Below, piece by piece: positions 30,239 through 39,373 of a stretch of DNA of 64,000 bases. The stretch covers positions 1,248,001 through 1,312,000 of the forward strand of contig CBDANS010000007.1 in the NCBI GenBank assembly GCA_965197745.1, read 5' to 3'. The position numbers and the translations under genes were made by a program. Source of the stretch: Opitutales bacterium. GTDB lineage: Bacteria > Verrucomicrobiota > Verrucomicrobiia > Opitutales > PNEW01. The notes below the pieces were generated by a model that did not search any database, was not told the origin of the DNA, and was given only the letters and a program-made list of their open reading frames with translations. Within the stretch, counting starts at the first letter, position 1. The number at the start of each line of letters is the position of its first letter.

Positions 30239-31111
30239 TTAAAATTGCTCTATTTTCTTTTTTAATCCGTCCAGATCTGACGCGGACGTGATAATATTGG
30301 GAAAATCAGCAAGCAATTTTTCATAATCGGGTATCGAACCCCAGGCTGTAACCGTAAATACATCAATCGCGCCTTTCGCTTGAATACCAAATTTTGCTTT
30401 GAAGTCTTCAGAACGCTGGCGCGAAAGATCAGTCCATTCAGCAAGGTTATAGGGTTTTTCGAGCGGTTGTCCGGACACCCAGGGGAGCCATTCGTTGATT
30501 TGTGATTGATGACAAAAACTCATTTCGCAGATTTGCTCGAAAGCCTCTTCTACGTCAACGACGAGATCAATGGTGTTCGCGCCTCCCATATAATAGTCGA
30601 AGACATTAAGGATAACCGGCACTTTGCATGGTGTTGATGAAGTTTCATCCGCTGGATATTCCGGAGTAAAGGCATGGGGGACATTAATGAGGTAGGCAAT
30701 TTTGCGAACAGCATCGGCGACTCCCGCATGGTCATTATGAACACCCGCAAGGGTGTCGATAGGGACGGGTGGGGAAAAAAGATAATCCGGCTCAAAGTCG
30801 CGAATCGCTTTCCAAAAACCCGATAATAATCCAGGGGTTAGAATGAAGCACCCATCACGGGCCATTTCTCCATTGGGACCAGCCAACTGATCATATTCGT
30901 AACCGCCTATTTTTGCCGATGCCCGTTGTTCTTCAACACGGATTTTTCCCGTGTCCTCACGGGTTTGAAAATGATGGCCCGAGCAACCATCAGTACAGAT
31001 TACAACTTTAGCTCGTAGTTCATTACCCAGCTTGCGCTTCCAAATTTCAAATGTACCGGCAGCCGTAAATTCATAGTCGTCCTGATGGGCGTGCAATATT
31101 TGGATTTTCAT
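30239..31111 (-). CDS. PIG-L/LmbE family deacetylase
   Basis: AHQDD and HNDH metal motifs, final HxSQ. Confidence 0.88.
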   Translation of the reverse strand: MKIQILHAHQDDYEFTAAGTFEIWKRKLGNELRAKVVICTDGCSGHHFQTREDTGKIRVEEQRASAKIGGYEYDQLAGPNGEMARDGCFILTPGLLSGFWKAIRDFEPDYLFSPPVPIDTLAGVHNDHAGVADAVRKIAYLINVPHAFTPEYPADETSSTPCKVPVILNVFDYYMGGANTIDLVVDVEEAFEQICEMSFCHQSQINEWLPWVSGQPLEKPYNLAEWTDLSRQRSEDFKAKFGIQAKGAIDVFTVTAWGSIPDYEKLLADFPNIITSASDLDGLKKKIEQF

Positions 31112-31123
31112 CTGATTTGTATA

Positions 31124-32140
31124 TTAATATCCCTCTTCTTTGTCGACTAAACCATTGAGTGAATCGCCTGCTTGAAAAGCTTTCAGGTTATCAAAAAATA
31201 AATCGAGGCATTGCTGTTCCTGTTCGAGAGAATTCCCCCGGCAAGGGGTTATGATCACGTTGTATCTTTTCCAGAATGATGAATCTATAGACGGCATATC
31301 CGTATCCGGAGCTGGAGGAACAGGTTGAAAACAGACTCCAGCTATCCTTTCTTCCCCGATAGCCTGCTCTATCGCTTTATAATTATAAACATTGGGCCTA
31401 CCGGTACAGTCAATCAGGTAAGCGGTATTTTTCATGTGTTTGAGAATAGAATCATCAACCATTCCTTGTGTCTTTTCTGTTAACGGTACCGCGATGACCA
31501 CAAAATCAGAATTAACTAACATCTCATCGATGTTCTCGGGGAAATACATTTTATCCACCCCCATATGGTTATCCATCGACTGGCGAGCCGTTCCCAAAAC
31601 GCGCATTCCTAGCGATTTTGCCAACTGAGCAAGGGAACGACCTATATTTCCCATGCCAATAATTCCCACGGTCTTGCCATTTAAATCGTTCGGTATAAGG
31701 AGCTCCTCGCGACCATCTTTTCCTCTTCGGGGAATAGGTTCTGCGCCTATTCCCTGGGCGAGAGCCTCAGTTCCGATTACATAATGGATACGATGAGAAA
31801 AGATGAGCATGGCGCCTATCGCATGTTCTGCGCCGGCAAGACCGTAACAGGGTTTGCTGCAGGTAAGGGGAATAGGGCTGGCGACCATGCTGGGAAATAA
31901 ATAGCTTCCTGCACCACCGACGAGTGCATGTATCCACTTCAGTTCTGTTCCCGCGCTTAATATCTCATCATCTAATTCCCCGATAAAAGCGACATCAGCA
32001 TTGACCACTTCTTCTAATATCTCACTTCGGTTTCCACTTACGACAAATTGGATTTCATTAAATCCTCGTTCAATCGCCTGGGTGAAAATTTTTTCCCGGC
32101 ACCAGTCCCTGGTAACAATAACTTTTTTTACTTCATTCAT
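31124..32140 (-). CDS. D-2-hydroxyacid dehydrogenase family protein (divergent)
   Basis: AEH, GIIGMGNIG, PLTEKT, IITP; the usual catalytic His after ITP is replaced (TPCR). Confidence 0.82.
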   Translation of the reverse strand: MNEVKKVIVTRDWCREKIFTQAIERGFNEIQFVVSGNRSEILEEVVNADVAFIGELDDEILSAGTELKWIHALVGGAGSYLFPSMVASPIPLTCSKPCYGLAGAEHAIGAMLIFSHRIHYVIGTEALAQGIGAEPIPRRGKDGREELLIPNDLNGKTVGIIGMGNIGRSLAQLAKSLGMRVLGTARQSMDNHMGVDKMYFPENIDEMLVNSDFVVIAVPLTEKTQGMVDDSILKHMKNTAYLIDCTGRPNVYNYKAIEQAIGEERIAGVCFQPVPPAPDTDMPSIDSSFWKRYNVIITPCRGNSLEQEQQCLDLFFDNLKAFQAGDSLNGLVDKEEGY

Positions 32141-32154
32141 AATTATAACAAAAA

Positions 32155-33339
32155 TTATTCACTGCAAAGTGATTCTAATTCGGCAACCCCATCAGGAATG
32201 AAATTGCCCAGTCCCAGACCGGGTTTATCAGGTAATTTCAAATAACCATCATCATAGATTAAGGGGTGTTCAATCAATTTATGGTGCATGATTTTTAACT
32301 TTGGCAATCGTTCACCCTCATCGACAAAACTGGAAAAGGCAGGGAATTCGATCATGACCCCGTTACTTAATGTTGATAAAATCTGCAGGTGACCCGCTAC
32401 CGCGATAGCCGACCAGGGACAATGGGGAATACAGAGAATACCGGCTTCCTCCGCCCGACGGGCAACTTCAACAAAAGTGCTTATTCCAATCTGTTGGACA
32501 TCGGGTTGAATAATGTCACAGGCCCGATTGTCGATAAAAGTTAAAAAGTCACGTAGTGTCGTGAGGCTTTCCCCTGTCGCAATTTTAATATCGGTCTCTG
32601 CAGTGAGGGTTTTAAACCCTTTTAGGTCATAGGGATTTAATGCTTCTTCAAGAAAGTAGATATCGAACTGCTCTAAAGTCTTAGCTATTTTTATGGCATC
32701 TTTAAGCGTGTACCCTTCTTCGAGGTAACCCATCCATGCGGAATCAAGCATTAAGTATATATCCGGACCGATGGCTTCACGAATGGCCGACAATGTCTCT
32801 AAGTCTTCCTGCTTATAAAAGTTTCCCCATCCAAACTTAATAGCCTTAAACCCTTGTTTCACAAAGTTCCTGCTCTCCTGCACTAATTCTTTTTCAGGCT
32901 TATGTTTGTAGATTCCTTCACTGAATTCCTTATCCGCGTAAGCGCCAGCGCTGGCATAAACCATGACCTTGGATTGAATCGCGTCGCCAAGCAGTTTAAA
33001 TATAGGAACCCCATGCACCTTTCCCGCTATGTCCCACAGGGCAATATCAATAGCGCTCATCGCATTTACGGCTAATCCACCTTCTCCACCGCGCCCGAAA
33101 TTGCGCGCCTGCCAGGTCTCAAATAATAGTTTCCACAATCGGTTAGTGTCGGAGGGGTCCTCACCAATAAGAAAGGAGCGCATGCTCATTACTCCCTCTT
33201 CGATGAGAGGAGCAATGACATAGGGGGGTGCGGCGGTTGCGCCAATACCGGTAATCCCTTCGTCGGTCTGAACCTCGACAAGGGTGGGGTGGGGTGCTTT
33301 TATCCCTCTAGCTACTACCCTGACTTCTGTAATTTTCAC
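32155..33339 (-). CDS. Mandelate racemase/enolase-superfamily acid-sugar dehydratase-like protein
   Basis: SAIDIALWDIAGK, KAIK, MLD, EE, TGE, QPD, PH, PGLG. Confidence 0.9.
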   Translation of the reverse strand: MKITEVRVVARGIKAPHPTLVEVQTDEGITGIGATAAPPYVIAPLIEEGVMSMRSFLIGEDPSDTNRLWKLLFETWQARNFGRGGEGGLAVNAMSAIDIALWDIAGKVHGVPIFKLLGDAIQSKVMVYASAGAYADKEFSEGIYKHKPEKELVQESRNFVKQGFKAIKFGWGNFYKQEDLETLSAIREAIGPDIYLMLDSAWMGYLEEGYTLKDAIKIAKTLEQFDIYFLEEALNPYDLKGFKTLTAETDIKIATGESLTTLRDFLTFIDNRACDIIQPDVQQIGISTFVEVARRAEEAGILCIPHCPWSAIAVAGHLQILSTLSNGVMIEFPAFSSFVDEGERLPKLKIMHHKLIEHPLIYDDGYLKLPDKPGLGLGNFIPDGVAELESLCSE

Positions 33340-33352
33340 TTCGAAGGTATGT

Positions 33353-34528
33353 TTATTGAGGAATATGCGCTTCCAGTAATTGTTGAAAATCTTCTTCTGT
33401 GCACGAGCGAGGATTAGTTTTATGACAGTGATCAGCCATGCACATCGGAAGCATTGCCGGGATATGATCGCGTTTAGCTCCGTATACGGAAAGGTCTTCG
33501 GGGATCTTCAGTTTTTGATTGAGATCGCGAATGAACGCTAAAACCGACTGACCGCACTCATCATCAGTGAGTGAGTGGGTGTCCACACCAAGAGCGTCGG
33601 CCAAAGCGCGGAATCGATCAAGTGAATAACTGAAGTTGAATTCGAGCGCGGCGGGTAATAATATCGCGTTGGTTGTTCCATGATGCCCGCCGATCACGGA
33701 ACCGATAGGATGGGAGAGTGAATGGACGACACCGAGACCTTTACTGAATCCGATACCTCCGATCATCGCCGCGATCATCATCTCTCCGCGAGCTTCGAGA
33801 TCGCTGCCATTTTCATATGCCCGAACGATACACTCCCTTCCTCTTCGAAGTCCTTCCAGTACCATTCCATCGACGAGCGGGTTATATTTCGGTGACAGGT
33901 ACTCTTCAATGCAATGGGTCAGTGCATCCATCCCTGTGCCCGCGGTAAGGAAAGGCGGTAGGTTTACCGTCAACTCGGGATCGCATAGCGAAAAAGTGGG
34001 AAAAAGGTTTTCGCCCGCGATGGCGACTTTAGCGCCGTTGAGCTTTACGATGATCAACGCGCCACGACCCACTTCACTGCCGGTCCCGGCAGTGGTCGGC
34101 ACGGCAGCCATCGGTGGCATCGGATTGACGACTTTGTCCCAACCCCCTGCACCGATAGCGTAATCTGCAAGAGGCAGGGGATGATTCGACTTCAGGCGAA
34201 TTCCTTTAGCGGTGTCGAGGGAACTCCCTCCGCCGAAACCTACAATCCCGTCACATTTATCTTTTTCATATATTTCAAAACCTTCGAGAACGTTTTCTTC
34301 CGTGGGATTTTCATCCGTGCCGTCATAGATCGGACCGTCCAATCCCTCTTCTTTTAGTTCCTGATGAACATTGGAAGCCAGACCGTTTTTGGTTAGGCCG
34401 GCATCGGTGACAAAGAGAGGGCGACTTACCTTAAGTTTATTTAACTGATCTGCCAGTTCATGAATTGAGCCTCGACCATATAATACTTTATTGGGGAAAA
34501 CGAAAAGATCGGGCTCTAATTTTGACAT
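33353..34528 (-). CDS. Iron-containing alcohol dehydrogenase
   Basis: GGGSSLD, PTTAGTGSE, DALTHCIE, HSLSH, HG. Confidence 0.93.
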   Translation of the reverse strand: MSKLEPDLFVFPNKVLYGRGSIHELADQLNKLKVSRPLFVTDAGLTKNGLASNVHQELKEEGLDGPIYDGTDENPTEENVLEGFEIYEKDKCDGIVGFGGGSSLDTAKGIRLKSNHPLPLADYAIGAGGWDKVVNPMPPMAAVPTTAGTGSEVGRGALIIVKLNGAKVAIAGENLFPTFSLCDPELTVNLPPFLTAGTGMDALTHCIEEYLSPKYNPLVDGMVLEGLRRGRECIVRAYENGSDLEARGEMMIAAMIGGIGFSKGLGVVHSLSHPIGSVIGGHHGTTNAILLPAALEFNFSYSLDRFRALADALGVDTHSLTDDECGQSVLAFIRDLNQKLKIPEDLSVYGAKRDHIPAMLPMCMADHCHKTNPRSCTEEDFQQLLEAHIPQ

Positions 34529-35502
34529 TGGTTTCTAGGATTTACTGGTTCATTCAGTGCGTTCTGTGGTGAATCACCCCGGAGCACTGTGAGAACATTT
34601 TCACAACATATATGATGGGCTTTCAAGCGTGTTTCTCTTGCTCCACCACCGAGATGGGGTGTCAGAACAACGTTTTCCATTTCTAATAGGGCAGAATGAA
34701 CGAGTGGTTCATTCTCAAAGACATCAATTGCGGCACCCGCGATCTGTCCCTCTTTTAACGCGTTTACCAATGCGTTTTCATCGACAACCGGACCGCGCGA
34801 TGTATTTATGAGGTAGGAGCCCTTTTTCATCTGAACGAGACGTTCTGCGTTAATCAGTTTTTGCGTATCTCTTGTCAGAGGAGTATGAAGGGAGACAAAG
34901 TCAGACTCATCGAGAAGGTCAGGGAGTGTACGGTACCCAGGGTCGTCCGTTTTATGTAAGCGGTGATGAATGACCTGCATATTAAAAGCGCGTGCCTGTT
35001 GGGCGACAACTTGACCGATTCTTCCATAGCCAATGATTCCCAATGTTTTTCCGGAAAGAAGAAAGCCATTATGATTTCCGGGAACCGCCATTTTCCAGGA
35101 TCCCCTGCGAACATAACGATCAAATTCAGGTAGGCGTCGTGCCAGGCATAGGATTAAACCAAAAGTGCATTCGGCGGTGGCGAGGGCGAAAGGTTCAGCG
35201 GCATTAGTGGCCCAGACACCATATTTTGCCATTAAACCCGTATTAAGATTATCGAAACCAGCAGCTGGGTTGGCGACAATTTTCAAATTGGGCGCGCTAT
35301 CCAGTATCTCCTGGTCAACCTGTAATTCTATTTGATTAATGATCGCCTCTATATCAGGAAGTAAAACCATCACCTCTTCCCTCGGCATGAGACTTGTTTC
35401 AGTCCCCCCCACAATTAATTCGACCCTCTCTTTTATCGGCTCCACATAATCTTCAGGAACATTTTTAGTAATTAATACTTTTGGTTTACTCATCGATGGC
35501 AC
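34516..35502 (-). CDS. D-glycerate/glyoxylate reductase-like D-2-hydroxyacid dehydrogenase
   Basis: GFDN, GIIGYGRIG, INTSRG, DVFENEP, TPHLG. Confidence 0.92.
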   Translation of the reverse strand: MPSMSKPKVLITKNVPEDYVEPIKERVELIVGGTETSLMPREEVMVLLPDIEAIINQIELQVDQEILDSAPNLKIVANPAAGFDNLNTGLMAKYGVWATNAAEPFALATAECTFGLILCLARRLPEFDRYVRRGSWKMAVPGNHNGFLLSGKTLGIIGYGRIGQVVAQQARAFNMQVIHHRLHKTDDPGYRTLPDLLDESDFVSLHTPLTRDTQKLINAERLVQMKKGSYLINTSRGPVVDENALVNALKEGQIAGAAIDVFENEPLVHSALLEMENVVLTPHLGGGARETRLKAHHICCENVLTVLRGDSPQNALNEPVNPRNQCQN

Positions 35503-35510
35503 TATCGATT

Positions 35511-35632
35511 GCCAATTGCCGATTGTCGATTGCCGATTGGCAATCCAGGCGAATCGTCATAGTGCTTACGAATACCAGGGCACCAATCAAATCTATAATC
35601 CTGGCGTTCTCCGCGCCTCTGCGGCGGAACTG
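35511..35632. repeat. Degenerate heptamer run ((c/t)gattgc) plus fragments of other repeat families
   Basis: tcgattgccaattgccgattgtcgattgccgattg, then a segment matching 49796-49828. Confidence 0.65.
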
Positions 35633-35639
35633 CCGCGCA

Positions 35640-36482
35640 TTAAACGCGATCCCAACGGCTGGGGTTGATTCCCTCTGCTTCACTGGGCATATCAGGGTGG
35701 ACATTGCCGGCAACTGGTTTCCAGATACGCGTATTCAAGTCGCCCATGTAGGTTTGTATTTCCGGGGCTAGGGTTGCGACTTTTTCCGGGTCTCTCCCTT
35801 CGATTTCATCAATCGGACCAGCCCACGATGGGCGGTAACTGAGTAAAAGTACTTCCCGTGGTCGATCCCCAACGTTGGGGAAATTTCCGTGAAAACAATA
35901 CATATTAAATACGACCGCAGACCCAGCCTTACAGGTAACCATGACTTGTTCAGGATGTTCTTTATAACGCAAATAGGGGTTCGCCTGATTATGAAAGCTC
36001 AGATGCGTGCGGGGGATAATGCGGAATGGTGATATTTCCGGTGTAAGATCGTCCAGATAGTAGAGGACACGAACCATTTTCGGACAACTGAGGGCGTGAC
36101 CAAAATGACGCGATCCGTAGTTCATGGCGTCACTATGAAAATTGATTCCGGGGTGGCCCGGCTCGGACCGAGAATAAGAGTATGACATCAGGATGATTTC
36201 ATCACCACAAAGTTCTTTCAGGAAGGCGATGGTGGGAGGGTGGATAATGAGATCGGTGAGCACGCCTCCTTTATATTCCAGGTCTCTTTCTTTTAATACT
36301 TGCTGTTTCTCGCTGTAATCGACTTGTCTAGTTTGAAGTTTTTCTGTTTCAACCTTCAGTTTATTGACATGCTCGGGGTTGAGGATATCCGGCATAACGA
36401 CGTAACCTTCGATTTCGAGGTGTTTTATTCTTTCCCCTAAAGACAAATTCGCCCAGTCGGTATCGGGTATAGTATATTTCAT
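35640..36482 (-). CDS. Phytanoyl-CoA dioxygenase (PhyH) family Fe/2OG enzyme
   Basis: EGYVV, HSD facial-triad motif, IPRTH, KAGS...FHG...R. Confidence 0.87.
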   Translation of the reverse strand: MKYTIPDTDWANLSLGERIKHLEIEGYVVMPDILNPEHVNKLKVETEKLQTRQVDYSEKQQVLKERDLEYKGGVLTDLIIHPPTIAFLKELCGDEIILMSYSYSRSEPGHPGINFHSDAMNYGSRHFGHALSCPKMVRVLYYLDDLTPEISPFRIIPRTHLSFHNQANPYLRYKEHPEQVMVTCKAGSAVVFNMYCFHGNFPNVGDRPREVLLLSYRPSWAGPIDEIEGRDPEKVATLAPEIQTYMGDLNTRIWKPVAGNVHPDMPSEAEGINPSRWDRV

Positions 36483-36492
36483 GGGTGGACCT

Positions 36493-36520
36493 ATTACAAA
36501 AATGCCCGCATTGATGTCAA
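36493..36520 (-). promoter_or_regulatory. Possible sigma70 promoter for the PhyH-led minus-strand gene run
   Basis: TTGACA-N16-TGTAAT on minus strand, 10 nt before ATG 36482. Confidence 0.4.
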
Positions 36521-36634
36521 GTTACGGAGCCTAGGTGAAAATACCATCACGACAACTGCGGGACGATGCAGAGCTCTGTCACCATGATTTTTATACACTC
36601 ATACTAGAGAACTTCAGACTCGCAAGCTAAACAC

Positions 36635-37429
36635 TCACATGGGAACGTTTATCCTGACTGGTTGTGCAAGTCTGAATTCCAGCAAAGTATTCGGTGGTAA
36701 CTGAACAGGTTTACCGGGAGTAATAAGCGCGACACCGGTTCCAATAGCGGCTCCTTTTAATGCACCCCCACCTCTATCATTCTTATCGATAAGAGCGCCG
36801 AGAAGAGCACCGGCGCCTACTGCGTGCAGTGTTCCTTTAGTAGCGTCTTTACCACGTTCAATATGATCAGTTGTAAAGATAGGATATAATTTTTCATTAA
36901 TTTCCATCTCAGACAGGCCAATATCAACTGAAGAAGTACCTGCGATCCTTCCCGCTTGTTTGGACCGTTGTAATATGCCGTATACTAGTGAACCCTCATT
37001 TGCAATAAGGGTATCACCGACATATAGATCTGCCGCCAATCGGGTTCTAAACTTTTGTCCTGCTTTGTCTGTCCTCGTGTCTATGCTGTCAACCAGGGTT
37101 ACCAGAATGCTTGTCCCTGCCGGTATGGTTACACTCTTAACTTTTGTCACCCTTGATGAATAGGAAGGATTAGATTCATAAGAGGGACGCGAATAATTGC
37201 TGCTACTCCCTGCTGAGGTGTTCACTAAACCGGAAAAGGTTAAAGCCAGTGCTTCATCTTTAGGTATAACTTCTACCCCATCACCTACCTGGAATCGTAT
37301 GGATTGTTGTGTTCCACCAAGGTAAGTGCCGTTAAGCACCTTGCCGTTTTTCAGTTCAAGAACATCTGCTTGTGCCGACAGAACTAATGTCAAACAAACC
37401 GCAATAATTATAGATATTTTTATTTTCAT
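36635..37429 (-). CDS. Secreted hypothetical protein with glycine-zipper segment (TrbI/VirB10-like beta region)
   Basis: Signal peptide ending AQA; VTIPAGT...GQKF; GAGALLGA...GAAIGTG; LPPNTLLEFRL. Confidence 0.6.
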   Translation of the reverse strand: MKIKISIIIAVCLTLVLSAQADVLELKNGKVLNGTYLGGTQQSIRFQVGDGVEVIPKDEALALTFSGLVNTSAGSSSNYSRPSYESNPSYSSRVTKVKSVTIPAGTSILVTLVDSIDTRTDKAGQKFRTRLAADLYVGDTLIANEGSLVYGILQRSKQAGRIAGTSSVDIGLSEMEINEKLYPIFTTDHIERGKDATKGTLHAVGAGALLGALIDKNDRGGGALKGAAIGTGVALITPGKPVQLPPNTLLEFRLAQPVRINVPM

Positions 37430-37542
37430 GGTAATAGCTAAAATGAAAACACATAGCCTTATTGGGCTTAGAGCTAAAAATAGCTTAATATCGATGGGAT
37501 ATCAAGGAGATCAGGAAAATATGCGCTAAGAGCTATCCGTTA

Positions 37543-39096
37543 CTAAAAAGTAACTTCTTCCGTGGTTACGGTTATTACTGTTCCATCGGCGTTTATGAAT
37601 ATTGCTCCGATACTCTGTGTCGGCTGAGGGGTGTTGTCCGACTTGAAATTGTTTTGCGCGATTAAGGTCTCGAATCCCGGGGTCGTCGATCCACTCGGCG
37701 CGACGACAACCGATGCTCCATTGCTTTGCAGAAGATCACCGCCTGTAATTCTCATCCCCGGGTTTCCTGCCGGTACCGTGAACGAACCTGTTGCAAAAAG
37801 CAGGTGCGGCACCGCGTCTCCACTGGCATCGATATCACCCATCGTCAACCGTACCGCGATGGGGACACCCTCGGCAACCAATCCGGTTCTCCCCGTAATC
37901 GCAGAAAACACAGAGTTTGATAACTGCATCCCTCCCATTCCCGTGGAATTAATGACTTCTACCAGGGTAACATCCGCCTGGGCGTCATAGACCTGTCCCT
38001 CGGGGAACAGCGCCTGGTTCACGGCGTTGATTGATCCTACGGTAAAGATACTGAAGAAGGTATTGGAATCTGCTCCTTCGATGACTACGCTGGGTTTGCC
38101 GGTTACGTACTCTACTGCCTGGTTGTAGCGCGGGGGGATGGCCGGTGGCAGAAAAGTTGCCGGGTCAAGATTGACGGTAAAGGTCCCAATACCGGAAAAT
38201 TCGACCTGCACAATGTCCTCATTTTCGTCCATGAATGAAACCCTTGTAATCTGGTTTTCCTTGGCGCGCAGTTTTACACTCTGGCCGGTGAGCAGAACCT
38301 GATCAAAAATGTTACCGCTGGGATGTTGGATATTTTCCCCTACGACATCGCCCGATCCTTCGAGAACGAGATCGGATGCGACTGGTGGTTCACCACCGGT
38401 GGAAAAGTCGATGGTCAGCTTTGGGCGACTTCCTGTACTGCTATTTTCCCGACTACCAAAAATAGTCGCAGCCCCGGAAGCTGATTCATCAACGAGAATA
38501 ATCCAACCAAAATTCTGTCCGGGATCATCGACCCAACTTTGAACATCCGAAATAAGGGTTGGCGAATTCCAGGTTATGGGACCCGATGATGACAAGGGTT
38601 GTGTTGCTGAGGGTGCCGTAACAAAATTGCCGCCTACGATTTGCCAATCCTCAGTATTGAAAAAGGAGAAATTCCAAGTGGCGTCTCCTGTGGTAGCAGT
38701 CGCGCCAGTACCTGTTCCCAGCGAGGTTCCCTCTCCCCAGTCCTGATTCATGCGATGCAAAAAAGCATCGACAGTACTGCCAACGGATGCTGGCCCCCGT
38801 CTGCTTACATTCAAGGTAATAGACACGTTTTCAATAGTCGTACCACTGGGGACGCTACCCGTCAGATCAAATTGCATTAAGGCGCGTCGTGTTCCGGCGC
38901 CCTGTCTCCCCTGTGTTCTCCCTGAAAAAAGATCGCCGTCACCATTGCTGTTATTATTTTCTGAATAAATAGAATTATCCTTTGCCGGTTCGAGAGTAAC
39001 GGTATCAGCCCATGATCGGGGCAGCAAACCTAAGGTCAAAAGTAAGGACAATAGGATTGGACCACTGATAGATAATAAATTCTTTTTAGGATACAT
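37543..39096 (-). CDS. Secreted DNRLRE-like domain protein with conserved C-terminal domain (paralog 1)
   Basis: Signal peptide ending SWA, KDNSIY...RRALMQFDL...WGEG...NFGW...SRE...RPKLTI; start taken at ATG 39096. Confidence 0.75.
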   Translation of the reverse strand: MYPKKNLLSISGPILLSLLLTLGLLPRSWADTVTLEPAKDNSIYSENNNSNGDGDLFSGRTQGRQGAGTRRALMQFDLTGSVPSGTTIENVSITLNVSRRGPASVGSTVDAFLHRMNQDWGEGTSLGTGTGATATTGDATWNFSFFNTEDWQIVGGNFVTAPSATQPLSSSGPITWNSPTLISDVQSWVDDPGQNFGWIILVDESASGAATIFGSRENSSTGSRPKLTIDFSTGGEPPVASDLVLEGSGDVVGENIQHPSGNIFDQVLLTGQSVKLRAKENQITRVSFMDENEDIVQVEFSGIGTFTVNLDPATFLPPAIPPRYNQAVEYVTGKPSVVIEGADSNTFFSIFTVGSINAVNQALFPEGQVYDAQADVTLVEVINSTGMGGMQLSNSVFSAITGRTGLVAEGVPIAVRLTMGDIDASGDAVPHLLFATGSFTVPAGNPGMRITGGDLLQSNGASVVVAPSGSTTPGFETLIAQNNFKSDNTPQPTQSIGAIFINADGTVITVTTEEVTF

Positions 39097-39218
39097 ATTC
39101 GAATTGGATTTAAGGGGTATAATGGGATGTTTAACGATAGCTGAGATAAGATATAGGGCAACTGAAATTAAGAAAAGTTCCAAAATCGTTAGTGGTCAGC
39201 TAAACAAATGCCACAAAT

Positions 39219-39355
39219 AGAGGGCCACGCTCCGTCGTAGCTGCTTAAATATGAGAATTAATTATTATCGTATTTTAAATGAGGGTTACGGTCGGGACCT
39301 GCCATCGTCCCCGCATTTGCGGGGCTATGGCTGTCGGACATCAGTGCGTCCCTCC
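39219..39355. repeat. GGAG-type REP-like pair, one arm interrupted by a ~42-bp hairpin module
   Basis: gagggccacgctccgtcg... and ggtcgggac[ctgccatcgtccccgcatttgcggggctatggctgtcggaca]tcagtgcgtccctcc. Confidence 0.7.
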
Positions 39356-39373
39356 AGTTTTCGACTCTTCCAA

